Assembly: GCF_964204645.1 (NCBI RefSeq)
Contig: NC_134029.1
Location: 12,860,850-12,924,849, forward strand
Length of the DNA stretch: 64,000 bases
Reading direction: 5' to 3'
DNA from: Tubulanus polymorphus
Lineage: Eukaryota; Animalia; Nemertea
In this document: positions 1-11,451 of the stretch, in pieces
Numbering within the stretch: position 1 is the stretch's first letter
Layout: each line of letters starts with the position of its first letter
Made by a program: the position numbers and the translations under genes
Notes under the pieces: model-generated
Seen by the model: only the letters and a program-made list of their open reading frames with translations
What the model was told of the DNA's origin: nothing
The model's database searches: none

Positions 1-469
1 TTGCCATTAGAAGTTTAGATGGCAATATTTATGTCTTGATATTTAGGGATTATTATTGGAATGCGACTGTCTTGTTGTGCAAAGATATTTTGACAGCTGA
101 GCAACCACTAGCGCCATCTATCGAACATAAATTGAAGCTTTTGTCAGCTTATAGAGCCACCAATATATAAGGACCAATATATAATGATATATAATAGAAC
201 ATTAAGCTTTTCGGCGTTGGTGACTTAATATAATGAAGGAATAATGGATATGAATAATGAAAAAAAACCTCATCAACTTTTGACATTTGAGGTGACAGTA
301 AACTGATACCTTAATTCTATAGGCTTTATAGCTGCAGTAAGACCATCACAACATTAATATGTTCGCAACATTATTTCTAGGTATCGTTCTTTCTAAAACA
401 GCTTTAAACTCTCGTTCTCTGTTTTTTATGGGCCTTTTTAATCATGTTTTCCTTTCCCTGTATTTACAG

Positions 470-3400
470 GACATTCCGTCAAGATTGTGAATCATGTGTT
501 CACTTCCGCGCTTCAAAGGATGGACAACATCTTGTGGTGACATATCTGAATACTACACATAACCATGAATGCACAGAGGGGGCATATGCTTTTATCCCTA
601 AGTGTCGGAAATTAGATGAAAAAGAGACAATCGAAGTTAACAATATTCTAAAGACCAGACCGAACAAAAAAATCTTACAAGATCACATCAGGAGCATTTC
701 TGGCAAGAAGTTAACTTTGCGTGATATTCAAAACCTACAGAAAAGATTAAAGGGGACGCCAGGTGACTTAGAAGAGATTTTAAACAGTCTCATTTCTGAA
801 AGAGGTAATTATGATTCATTTCAGATTCATTTCAGTGATTTATATAGCGGCTTTGTTTACCTATCATAATTTTTTCCATTCTATCGGACTGTAAACACCA
901 TTTTTTCACTTTGAATCTGGCTCATCTTTTTTGGAAAGGATTTTAGTTAGTTATACTGTGAAATCTCCTCTTTCGTTGGCTCCGTCAAGAAAGGGGGATC
1001 GGAATAATCGTTGCCACAGAACCTCTAAAATAACCTAAGATCACGCCGAGATTTACCTAACGTCTTGCTTGCTTTATTCAACACGCCAAAGAGAACACAA
1101 GAATCACTACACAATATGGTGTCACTAAAACGCAGATTTGGACTCGGTAAAAGCCGGATACCGGACTTTACCGGTCCATCACAATACTACGGACCCTATG
1201 AACCAAAGGCCTATAGGCCTACAATATACAGATAGGCGATATTGATAACTAACTTGCCAACTTTTATTTCCAGACGCTACGGTAGAAGTCGTCAGTGATG
1301 ATACCGATATGCTTCGCGCGATATATTATCAGGATAATATCATGAAAAAGAAATTCAAAAAGTATCCAGAACTATTGATAGCAGATGCTACTTACAAGCT
1401 TAATAATCTACGAATGCCAGTTTTTCTACAAATAGTGGTTGACGGAAATGGAGAAAGTGAGATAGTGTCAGTTTTTTTGATCGTCAGCGAAGATCAGGGA
1501 ACGTTAGAGATGTTGCTTGAGATATTTAAGAAACATAACCCTGCCTGGACAAGAACAAAAACTGTTCTTACCGATAAGGACATGACAGAGCGTGCCGTGT
1601 TTAAAAATCTGATGCCTGATGTTAAGTTACAGCTGTGTTTGTTTCATGTCCTCAAATCAATGCGAAGAGAAATACATTGTGAGAAAATGGGCATCCGCAT
1701 CGGAGAGAAAAATGCTTGTCTAGAAATAATTCAAAAAATTGCGTATTCAAAAAATGAAGAAGAATATACGAGCAACGTAGACAAACTCAATAATACTCGA
1801 ATACAGCCCGTTATCGACTATTACAGACATTCTTGGCATGATATCAGATCTGAATGGGTGTTAGGTCTGAAGCAATCCTGTCATTATGGCAATAATACAT
1901 CTAACAGAATTGAAAGCATAAACCAAAAACTGAAGCAGGTTGTGGCGCGATTTTCGAATTTAGAGAATTTCTTTCATGATCTCAAGCTTGTAATTGCTTG
2001 TCTGAGACAGGAACGCGACAGTCGTATTGCAAATGTAATCACCAAGCGTTTGGTTCATTCACATCCCGCCGGTTCACCAGCAGCCATGTACATGGACCTT
2101 CTGACACCTGTTGCGTATCAGCTTGTGATTGATCAAATCAGCTTGGCATCAAAAGTCAGATTCCAAGATGTTGCAGATAATCCCGAATTTGTCGAAATGC
2201 GCACATCACATGGAGTTGCAATGGTATCCTGTGAAACATGTACATGCAAGTATGTGGAATTCAATTCATTACCATGTCGACATATTTTCGCACTTCGCCG
2301 GAAGAGAAATCATCATCTATATACCGATACCAGTGTTGCCGAGCGTTGGAAGATAAGATGTTATATAGATCACAGTCTACAGCAGTATAATTGTACGACG
2401 GAAAATGTCAATGATGCTGAGATACCTATTACACAACTTGGTCAACAACGTCGTAAGACGGCTTTGTCCCAACCACAGAAATATAAAGCTGCATTTGGTG
2501 TTGCTCAACGTCTCGCTACACTCGCAAGTGAAGGTTCGATGACCAAATATAAACAACGCATAAAGGTGCTACGTGATCTTGTTGCACTGTGGGAACAAGA
2601 TAGTCAAGCTGTAGCCATTGAAATTGATCGTGAAGAGGTAATTAATAAGCCAGTTAATAAGTGAAACTAACGATGATTTGCTAGCTAGTTGCAAAAATAA
2701 CCCATGTTGCTTGTGAATTGTTTCGCTTTTTTAGGACTGTTAAAATTGAGTTTTTATGTACATATAGACAGGGGTCATAATCAAGGACCTTGAATCTGCG
2801 GAAACTCATATCTGCAAAAGAAAGATACTTGCCAATTGCATATTTTGTTCATAGCTTTTTTGATGATAATGAGGTAATTATAATGGACCAATTATAATGG
2901 TTCATTCAAGCTAAGTCTACACTTGCTTCTTCTACCTGGCTTGTGTATCTATAATACGCTAGAAACAATACAGAGTTTCTGGCAAACCTGAGTCTTAGAA
3001 ACCAGGTGTGGATTCGTACTACCATAGTGAGTAAGTGTAGACGTTACTCGCTGTGGACATAGGTTTTCATCAAACCTGTGTTTACCATTGCAGGTTCAAT
3101 GAGCTAGTGTAGACACAGCTATATGCTAATTTAAGTTAAATTCCCATTTTTGTTAGTTGAACAATGATTGTTTGTTGCATGAAGTTAATCAACTCCTGTT
3201 AAGTTGCATGTTGTTTCATTTTTTTCACTCCCATAGATGTATGATTGTTATACATTTGTACTTGATAGATGAATCATTTCAAGTAAGTACTTAACATCCT
3301 TCATTTGACCTTCTAAAGAAGAATTGGGATAATATTACACAATTTTGTATACAATTACAGTACTTTGATCCACTTAATGTTGGTAAAAATAAGGAAATCA

Positions 3401-4597
3401 AAAATAATAAACGTAGACAATAATTGTGAGATAGGCCCCTACTTGGTGTATGAATGTTGTATATGTTCATCTTTTACAGGAAAGCAGCAACGTTCGTTCT
3501 ACAGAAAGATCAGTCGTTTCTGCGTCGTCCGGTAGTAGTTGTAGTATTCAACGACAACAGCCGTCAGTCGTTTCTGCGTCGTCCGGTAGTAGTTGTAGTA
3601 TTCAACGACAACAGCCGTCAGTCGTTTCTGCGTCGTCCGGTAGTAGTTGTAGTATTCAACGACAACAGCCGTCAGTTGTTCCTGCGTCGTCCGGTAGTAG
3701 TAGCTGTAGTATTCAACGACAGATACCACCGTTGATACATCGTCATCAGAAGTTTTCACTTCCACAATCAGTTCACCTCATTGTCAGGTAATATATATTA
3801 CTTCTCTTTTTGATAACCCTAAATTTACTTTACTTTAGTTGAAATGATGATTAAACCTGCCCCAATTTGTCCTAAATTACAGTAATTCTTTCTAGGACAG
3901 ATGCAGAGGATCATTCTCCTCAAGTTTGCAAGATTAATGATATGGATTGATGTCATTTCATTTGTATATTCCCATCTATCAACTTTTTCAGGTATCAAAG
4001 CTCAAATTACCGCCAGTTAGGAAAGTAAGGGGCAGACCCAAGGGTGCCGAACTAACTGCGGTAGGTATACCAAAAAAGCGATTCAAACCTGCTTCAAAAT
4101 CGATGAAACCAATCCCATATCACAAGAAGTTGCCACAGGAGAAAGACAGATGTAAGTATTTACCACTCTATTATTTGTTGGGTTCAAGAAATTAGGCCAT
4201 TGTATAATTATGCAGGTCATTTCTATTTTAAGGTATGTTAAAATGGTTTGTCAGTGAGTTTGCAGCTAATGCTGCCCTAGAAGGAAAACTTTTGCTGAAA
4301 ACCGATATAAAGAATATTCAACATATTTCTCATGCCTGCAAGGATGATTCAATTTCAATATCCAGGATACGACATTACTTTTGTGAAGAATCGTGGCTGA
4401 TGTTAAAGGCACGAATAACTGAACTGCAAAAGATGGGATGGTTATGTGGATCATGCCATGATGATCTCCATGGAAATCAATTAGCTTGTGATGGCTGCCT
4501 AGAGTGGCATCACCTGAATTGTACCGGCCTTAAAAAGGCTCCTAAACCAAAAAATGGTTTTGTAGCACATGTTATACTAATGCATAGAAAGTTGTGA
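470..4597 (+). CDS. Multi-exon MULE (Mutator-like) DDE transposase with SWIM zinc finger and C-terminal PHD finger; 5' exons not identified; probable 1-nt frameshift near the 3' end
   Basis: Motifs LLIADATYKLN, VLTDKD, LCLFHV, TSNRIESINQKLK (MULE DDE core), CTC-x8-PCRH (SWIM), RGRP (AT-hook-like), CGSC..CDGC..H..C (PHD). Phase-compatible GT-AG exons: 470-804, 1274-2637, 3480-3787, 3896-3923, 3992-4151, 4233-4597. Confidence 0.85.
3510..3721 (+). repeat. 54-bp coding tandem repeat, about 4 copies (SVVSASSGSSCSIQRQQP)
   Basis: Unit tcagtcgtttctgcgtcgtccggtagtagttgtagtattcaacgacaacagccg repeated inside exon 3480-3787. Confidence 0.95.
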
Positions 4598-4727
4598 ATA
4601 CACCCACAATGTAGATTAAAGAAACAATAGCTATTGTTTTTATTCTGACATTTCAATTTGAAATAAATCTCTGAAGATGGGTGGAAGTATTCCACTCGAA
4701 TAGCTATTGTTTTTTTAATCTACATAT

Positions 4728-4857
4728 GTTCGTTATAACCGATAGTTCGTTATATCAAGTATGAAATTAGTCAACTTGTCTTACTTGGGACGAAATTCTT
4801 TATTTGTTATATCCGATGAATCGTTGTATCCAAGTTCGTTATAACGAGGTTCCACTG
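4728..4857. mobile_element. Tc1/mariner-type MITE remnant (one end)
   Basis: Ends in ttcgttataacgaggttccactg followed by TA; internal ttcgttata repeats; a similar end occurs at about 50228. Confidence 0.5.
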
Positions 4858-5930
4858 TATGTATGTAAAACAAACTTTCAGTTATGACTTAAATAGATTC
4901 TGTTGCCTGAAGTTTGAGATTCCAATGTACAGATAATACAAAACAACCCAACTATAGTCAGTTAAGAGTTTGTTATTGATCATTTATTATTTCATAATCA
5001 TTCATGATATTGTAAGATTGAATGAGAGATCGTTATTAAGAAGGTCCTATTAAGAAAGAAAACCTACGTCTTATTAATTCTAAAAGTATTTATACAGAAT
5101 ATACAACAGTTTTTACGATCCTTACAAATGACTATATATAAACAGAATAACAAAAGTTCTGGTTTCGGCCTTGAGTCAAGTGTATTGTTGATGACCATCG
5201 CTGATTGATACGTACAATCTTACTCATCAATTGTACAGCGAACCCCACTTAACTCTGATCATTAGGGACCAATGAGATTAATCTGCTTCATGAGGTATCT
5301 GGATTAAATATAGGCTTAAATATATTTTTCTAAGCATTTTATGAAGTTACTTTGAAAATGATATTCAGATAAACCATAACAATCAAGCTCATCAGATCAA
5401 GTGGAGTGTACTGTTACATAGTCATGTGTTGCATTCTTTTTGATTACTTGGTACTTTATATTTCATTTCTATCTGCTGGTCTGAAATAAATGTATTCAGT
5501 ATGTATCAGAGAAACAGGATATGAGAAATAAATTTTAAAAAATTTTGCGATGCATATATGACATTGTTTTATGTTCTTCCTTTCTCAAGACTTTATTGAG
5601 CTTCTACTCTATGGTGCCAGTATTGTCCATATACAATGATCAACAGTCCAAGCTCGTTGCTTACAGTCTCCCAGGTTTACCTTGGGATGAAAAGTTGCAT
5701 CAATTAGTAGACAAGAATATGATGTAGACTGATGGAAATAGGCCCTTAGAAATACATGGAAAAAAATGCAAAAATAAGTTGTAATGGTTTTATTTTTTAA
5801 TTTGATTATATCGGGATTCGAACCCGATTACCTAAATCACGTGCTGATGGAATTCCCTTGAAAATGACGTCACACATTGGCAAAATAGCGTTTACTAAAA
5901 TAATGCCGCATTGGCAAAATATCCACTTCC

Positions 5931-6310
5931 TTTTTTTAAATTTCGTCGTTTCGCTTTGTTAGTTTGTGCTGTTGTCCTGGCCTCAGTCCACAGGTGCCAG
6001 CACCTCCAGTAATTTTCAAAATGGCAGCTGTTGACTCTACGGAAATTTACTCTCACTTTACGGCCGATTTGCACATGGATTAAGATCGTCAGGTGAGGTG
6101 TTATAGGTATCAGACAAACTACGAATCTGTTGTGCGTCGATTACAACAAAAATGAGACAGATATCTTAAGAGACAATGAAATGCCAGGCAAATTACTCGT
6201 CAGTCAAATTGGCTGACAAAGATTTCATACAAAAATGACCTTCCCATTCCTGACTGTGGTTTGTGAAAATATCCGATCGTGAAACTAAACCACAGTCAGG
6301 TTACTGACTA
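5931..6310. mobile_element. Right end of a TAG/hairpin-ended DNA element; 380 bp nearly identical to 58134-58513
   Basis: Three substitutions versus 58134-58513. Ends with hairpin cctgactgtggttt..aaaccacagtcagg then ttactgacta (reverse complement TAGTCAGTAACC). Matching left end not found in the window. Confidence 0.8.
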
Positions 6311-6983
6311 GGAGGAATGCAACTATTACTATCGATGGTACCATGTGGTGTGTCTACCTCATACTTTAAACCGAAAGATAATTCTAAATTTTGATTGGAA
6401 ATGTATTTTCTGCAAGCAGTACTGTACTAAGTAAAGAAATAAACACTTAAATTCATGATAAGAAATAAACACATTAAATTCATTCTATATGCTGAATTCC
6501 ATTTTTTTTTTTGTCTCAATATTTACAACCTGTCATAGAAGGAAACGGATCGGAAATCTTTTCAGATTTTAACTTTAAAATTTCGATTTTATCATCGCAG
6601 AATAACGTATAGGGCCTACCTATTGACACTGTAATTGATTTTTGACTAGCCATGTGCTTTACTTCCGCGTACGTCACGGTTTGTTTACTTCCGGTATATT
6701 CAGAACATGCGCAGTACGAAACCTAACTGGGGTGGCCGGTAGAAAAAATCGCTTACCAAATTTCCACCCTTTAATTGCTTATAACTTTTGAACCGCTTGA
6801 CCGATTTTGATTCTGTAAAGTGCTATATCCTTATGCTATCCCCTTCTTCATTTTAACCTTTTAAAAAGACACATAAGACACATAGAAATTTTCAACCTGA
6901 AATCCCTACTTCTTACCCAAATGGTGACAAGCCCCTGGTTGTGGAAAGGACACATATAAGTCAGTGGAAATCGGAAGACCTAC

Positions 6984-7109
6984 CTTGAAACTGTTAAGCT
7001 TTTCTTGTTGATCATCGCTCAATGCACCAAGATCTCTAGGACCTCCCAAATCATACGGTTCCATCCCCGTCGGCGGGTCGTGTTTTGGTTTGGCTGCCAT
7101 TTTCGACAT
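6984..7109 (-). CDS. RIIAD1: First coding exon of an RIIa-domain-containing protein 1-like host gene
   Basis: MSKMAAKPKHDPPTGMEPYDLGGPRDLGALSDDQQEKLNSFK resembles the RIIAD1 N-terminus as recalled (DPGALSAAQLEQLRKFK). Ends at a phase-0 donor AAG|gtaggt. Downstream exons not found in the window. Confidence 0.7.
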
Positions 7110-7190
7110 TTTTGTTATGGCGACCGTTCGGGTCTGACTATATCATATTGCTCACAACCACTTTTCATATCGTCGATTCGGAAGGTTAGT

Positions 7191-7273
7191 TAGCCTGGTT
7201 ACCCGTCTCTAGACTGGTTGCCGGTCTCTACCGTCAGTTAGAGACCGGTTGATCCCATCCTCCATTTTACATT
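7191..7273 (+). mobile_element. Two stacked orphan left ends of TAG/hairpin elements (starting at 7191 and 7210)
   Basis: tagcctggttacccgtctc (7191) is immediately followed by tagactggttgccggtctcta..tagagaccgg (7210), nearly identical to the left end at 26873. Matching right ends not found. Confidence 0.7.
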
Positions 7274-7409
7274 AGGCGTTTTTATTTAAGCACCTCGGAT
7301 CAAATCGCTTTGCTCCGTCGATTACTATCGAATCGCCTTAAATAAACGCTGCAGCTAGACTGGTTACCGCCACACCGGTCTCTATCTTCAATTAGAGACC
7401 GGTTGTGCC

Positions 7410-7737
7410 CATCTTCACCCGTCAAGGGATTCGAACCCACTACGCTAAAGCTGTTCCCCGAACCCCTTGACCTCACGAGTCGTTGGCAGTCGTTACTAGC
7501 CGACCAGAATCCGGTCGTACCAATCACAGCGCTTGTAACAAACCGACAGTAGACTTCTGTTTGTTTTCCCGTTAAATGGACCAATCAGCGAACGTTTTAC
7601 CGAACAAGGAAGTATTTCGCAAATCGATATATGACGTCATGCGCAACAGCGCCAGTAATGAAATCACGCTTCGTGAGGCCAGGGGGCTGGTGGAATGGAG
7701 TTCGGGAGTGATACTGGACCCCTGGCAAGCGAGGATG
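7410..7737 (+). mobile_element. 328-bp MITE with CATC(T/C)TC termini and 9-bp TSD
   Basis: TSD GGTTGTGCC at 7401-7409 and 7738-7746; imperfect TIR catcttcacccgtcaaggg / cccctggcaagcgaggatg; second copy inverted at 44059-44385. Confidence 0.9.
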
Positions 7738-8212
7738 GGTTGTGCCCATCCTCCAATTTACATTTTCGATGCATGTCAAATAAGGTCAAACATGTAAAGT
7801 AGCAAGTTACTTCCTGGTTAAGATGGCGTCTCTTCGAATCTGCTTAGCTTCGAGCGATATCAAAATTGCCCTTTACAATGGACGGAAAGACATTAATTGC
7901 TAAGTATCAGATAAATCCGCTGATAATTTACCTGGTACTCGGAATACAAACTAACAAGCATCGAAATCTAATGCGAGGTGAGCTCTGCCGCGACCGTCAC
8001 TGAATACAGAACATTCTGAAGAAGGAACAGGGGACATCCTTTCTATATCTACCGTTCGTGAGATGTATTTAGTGAATTGATGTTTTAATACAGTGTTGTA
8101 AAATGACTATATTTAGTATCTGAATAAAGTTTACAATTGTTGAACTCCTTAGTGCTTTGTGAGCTCAGATATTTGGATCCACCTCAGCCTACTACTGATT
8201 TCCTGATACAGA

Positions 8213-10197
8213 TGTAGCGAAAATTGATTTTGATTTGATTTGTTGTTTTCTTTCGCTTCGGTGTCCTCCCCTCTCTTCCTTTGCCTTCCTTTCTTATGCG
8301 ATGTCGCGTTGTATTAATTAAGCCATATAGGCGCGGGGTGGATAGATTCACATTTGAGTGATTTATCTACCTTTATTTCTGTCGCGGGACTTCTATTTTC
8401 GCTTCGATTCGCGTAGTTCTCGCGGTTTTCATAATATTTATCCGTGCGGGTTCGATTCCCGTGTTTCAATAATTTATGTGCAGAGCTGAGCCTCGCTGTG
8501 GTTTTTCAACCAACCACAGCCTTTGTTGTTGTGCGCTCGTCGCTGCACGTGTTTTTCTAGCCAATCGCGGCTTTTGTTGTTGCGTGACGTCATGCTTCGC
8601 GTCTCTCGGCCAATTAGAGCCTTTGTTTTTGTTGTGACGTCACGCCGCGCCTCTATATAAGTGTGACAGTTCGGCTGCTCAAAAATATCAACTTGATTGT
8701 CAACTTACGTCAAGTTATAAAGCAAGCAAACTAAAGATATTTATTTGAAGATCGGCTGACTGACTACCTTTATTCGGTGAGCAATTGCATAGAACATGGT
8801 TAGAATTAAATTATATTTCTAACGACAGCGTATTATAAGCTATTTCGTCATGGATGGTGACATATGGGAATCGTTTTCCAGACCCTTACTTTTGAAGCAT
8901 TCAGCTTTGAGATGCTTTGAGATGCTTCAACTAATCGTCATGAGGTATCGCATGTAGATGGAATGAAATCTTATGACTTTATTATGGTGAAGCAATGATG
9001 CTTTGAAGCTTTCACTTTTAAGATGCTTCAGCTATAATCGATGTGAAGTATCGTATGTTTGTAGATAGAATCAAATAACTTTATGGTGAAGCATGTTCCC
9101 GTGAAGCATGAAGGATGCTTTGAAGCTTTCATTTTTTAGATGCTTCAACTACAATTATCATGTAGATAGAGAAGATTCGAATTATCGTGTACATAGACTA
9201 AAGATCTCAGCTTTTGTGATGCGAAGCACGTTTCTTAAAACATCAAGCTTTCCAGCTTTGTGATGCTTCAAACTTCATTACGAATTTTATACAGCCTAGC
9301 TGAATAGTTACTTTATTGGCAGTCGTCTGAAAGCATGATTTGAAGCTTTCTATCTGAGATCCTTATTTCAAAGCATCTGAAGCATTCCTTGCTTCAACTC
9401 TGAAGCTGGGTGAACTTAATCACTTTCTCTCCAGCTTTGATAGCCTATTGAAGCTGATACTGCGATTTCCATCTGTCACCATGATATTTTATTGCGATTT
9501 TCGCAATACATGTATTTATAATAATTGGTTAAACCTCTTAGAGCGAGGTTGAGAGCAGTTTGTATGCATTTTTTCATAGTCCTGTACTATGGAAATGTCC
9601 TATTGATGCTGTATTTATCGACCTAATAAATGGCCTAATGACATGGCTATTGTACATATATTTTCTACATGGCGAGTCTGTTATGTTTTTGAAAGCTGGG
9701 CACGTCTGAAGAAGGAACATGAGGAGAGGAGAGTCGCATCATTCGTGGTTTTGTTTTTATTAGTTCGAGACTGTGAGGTTGAAGATATGTGAGGTCTAGA
9801 CTAGTTGTTGCGAGATATCCTGCGAGATTGTACGGGGGGACGATATTGTGCAACGGAACGCACTTGGAAGGAGTCATGACTGAGCCCTAGATGGATATTT
9901 TTATGGTGAAATCCTCCGAACGCGGTCCATCAAGAGGTGGGGCTGGGGGTGGTTATTCTGGCCAGATAACCTGGAGTCATGGGGAAAGCAGGAGCAACAA
10001 CAGTGGAGTTGACAAACCTTTTTTACAACAGATAATCCTCGACTTTTAGTATTTTTGACGAATGAATCCTTTTCCCGGGAAGCTGCAGTTTAGGGCAGCT
10101 CCTTCTTTACTTCACTCCCCGAAGTAAGGTGACCCGGGACGGACCCCGTAGCGGAAGCCTACGGATTTGGACCACGCTACTACCCAAATCCGCTACA
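8213..10197 (+). repeat. Gypsy A 5' LTR (1985 bp)
   Basis: Near-identical to 16442-18072 plus 25264-25486; TG...CA ends. Confidence 0.97.
8505..8661 (+). promoter_or_regulatory. LTR promoter: three about 50-bp repeats with CCAAT-like boxes, two TGACGTCA (CRE) sites, CACGTG and TATA box
   Basis: ccaat at about 8561 and 8610, tgacgtca at 8585 and 8635, tatataa at 8654-8660. Confidence 0.7.
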
Positions 10198-10200
10198 AAA

Positions 10201-10215
10201 TGGTGGCAGCGGTGG
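10201..10215 (+). other. Primer-binding site, tRNA-Leu type
   Basis: TGGTGGCAGCGGTGG, 3 nt after the LTR, complementary to a tRNA-Leu 3' end (CCACCGCUGCCACCA). Confidence 0.85.
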
Positions 10216-10410
10216 TATTATTTATATTCTTCGATGATGCGACGTTCCTCCTATTCAGCTTGTGCCCAGCTTCGGATGAGAAACACTCGTTATTGGGCCT
10301 GGTGTTCAATAGTCATGAACTAGGCCTATCCTGAAACTTGACTCGAAAACGTATATGCACATATAGATGATTTCTTTCCATTATTTTAAGTATACATCAA
10401 CGTCTTAGGT

Positions 10411-11451
10411 TTGAGAATGGAAACGAGATCTATAGTCAGAAATAAAGATATCTGTGGCTCAAATGGTGACCATCGGAGATCCCGCAGTTTAAATCCATCA
10501 GAGAATCGTGTGATGATGGAACCCGTCGTCATGCGCAGAGAAGCTGCTGGTGATATGCTGCATGATCTACCGTCTGAGGACGAACGCGAGAGATTTCAAC
10601 ATGTTCCAGTTTCCAGTGACGTGCGACCGTATCAACGAGATTCGTTTTTTAGTGTCTGCAAGATGAAGCCCGAATTGTACTCTGGCGAAAATCCCTGGCA
10701 AGACTACAGTCAAGTCTTCGAAACGGTGGCACGAATTAATGGTTGGAACGATGAAACGAAAGCAGACTACTTGTTTGCATCACTTCGTGGTCCTGCTCGA
10801 CAGTTGGCGTGTGCAGTCCCGGCATGTGATCGTTCCAATTATCACGAACTGAATAGAATACTCGACAGTAGATTCGGTTATGGAAATCAGGCAGAGTTAT
10901 TCTTGGCTGAAATTAGAAATAGAAAACGAAGACGAAATGAGACGTTACGTGAGTTAGCCCAAGCTCTTACCACGTTATCAGCGCGAGCGTATCCAGACCT
11001 TGATTCTCGTCAGCGTGATCGAATGATCAGAACCCATTTTATCGACGCATTAGATGACCGCGATTCGCGAATGCAGCTGTACAGAAGCAGGTGCGAGAAT
11101 CTAAATGAGTTGGTTCGATTAGCAGTTGAGCTGGAAGGCTTTACCAAGCTTGAAGACGACCGTGAACGAGGAAGTCGTGGCCATGTTAACTCGGTTAAGC
11201 TCGACGATCACAGTGAACTTCGAGAGTTGAAACATCAAGTGTCAGAACTCAGCAGCATGGTGAAGACCGTAATGATGAACGGAAATGGTCCCCGAGATCA
11301 GTTTAGGCGCGGAGAACAGAAGAAAGACGTCAAATGTTATAACTGCGGCGAGATGGGACACATTGCTCGATTCTGTAGAGTTTCCAATTCAAATCGTCAG
11401 GGAAACGGACAACGGCTGGTCCGAGGAGAGCCAAATCAGCCCAGACAGTAG
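10411..11451 (+). CDS. gag: Gypsy A Gag (open ORF) with CCHC zinc knuckle
   Basis: Capsid-like FETVARINGWNDETK; CYNCGEMGHIARFC; slippery GGGAAAC at 11400-11406. Confidence 0.92.
   Translation: MRMETRSIVRNKDICGSNGDHRRSRSLNPSENRVMMEPVVMRREAAGDMLHDLPSEDERERFQHVPVSSDVRPYQRDSFFSVCKMKPELYSGENPWQDYSQVFETVARINGWNDETKADYLFASLRGPARQLACAVPACDRSNYHELNRILDSRFGYGNQAELFLAEIRNRKRRRNETLRELAQALTTLSARAYPDLDSRQRDRMIRTHFIDALDDRDSRMQLYRSRCENLNELVRLAVELEGFTKLEDDRERGSRGHVNSVKLDDHSELRELKHQVSELSSMVKTVMMNGNGPRDQFRRGEQKKDVKCYNCGEMGHIARFCRVSNSNRQGNGQRLVRGEPNQPRQ

Noticed and set aside
5940-6100. Hammerhead ribozyme on the minus strand (CTGACGA ... GAAAC)
   Set aside because: No stem II connecting the core motifs at workable spacing.
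7415-7450. tRNA gene or tRNA-SINE (GGTTCGAATCCC B-box; similar at about 5812 and 8446)
   Set aside because: No cloverleaf or correctly spaced A-box could be built; the motif lies in a TIR element or LTR.
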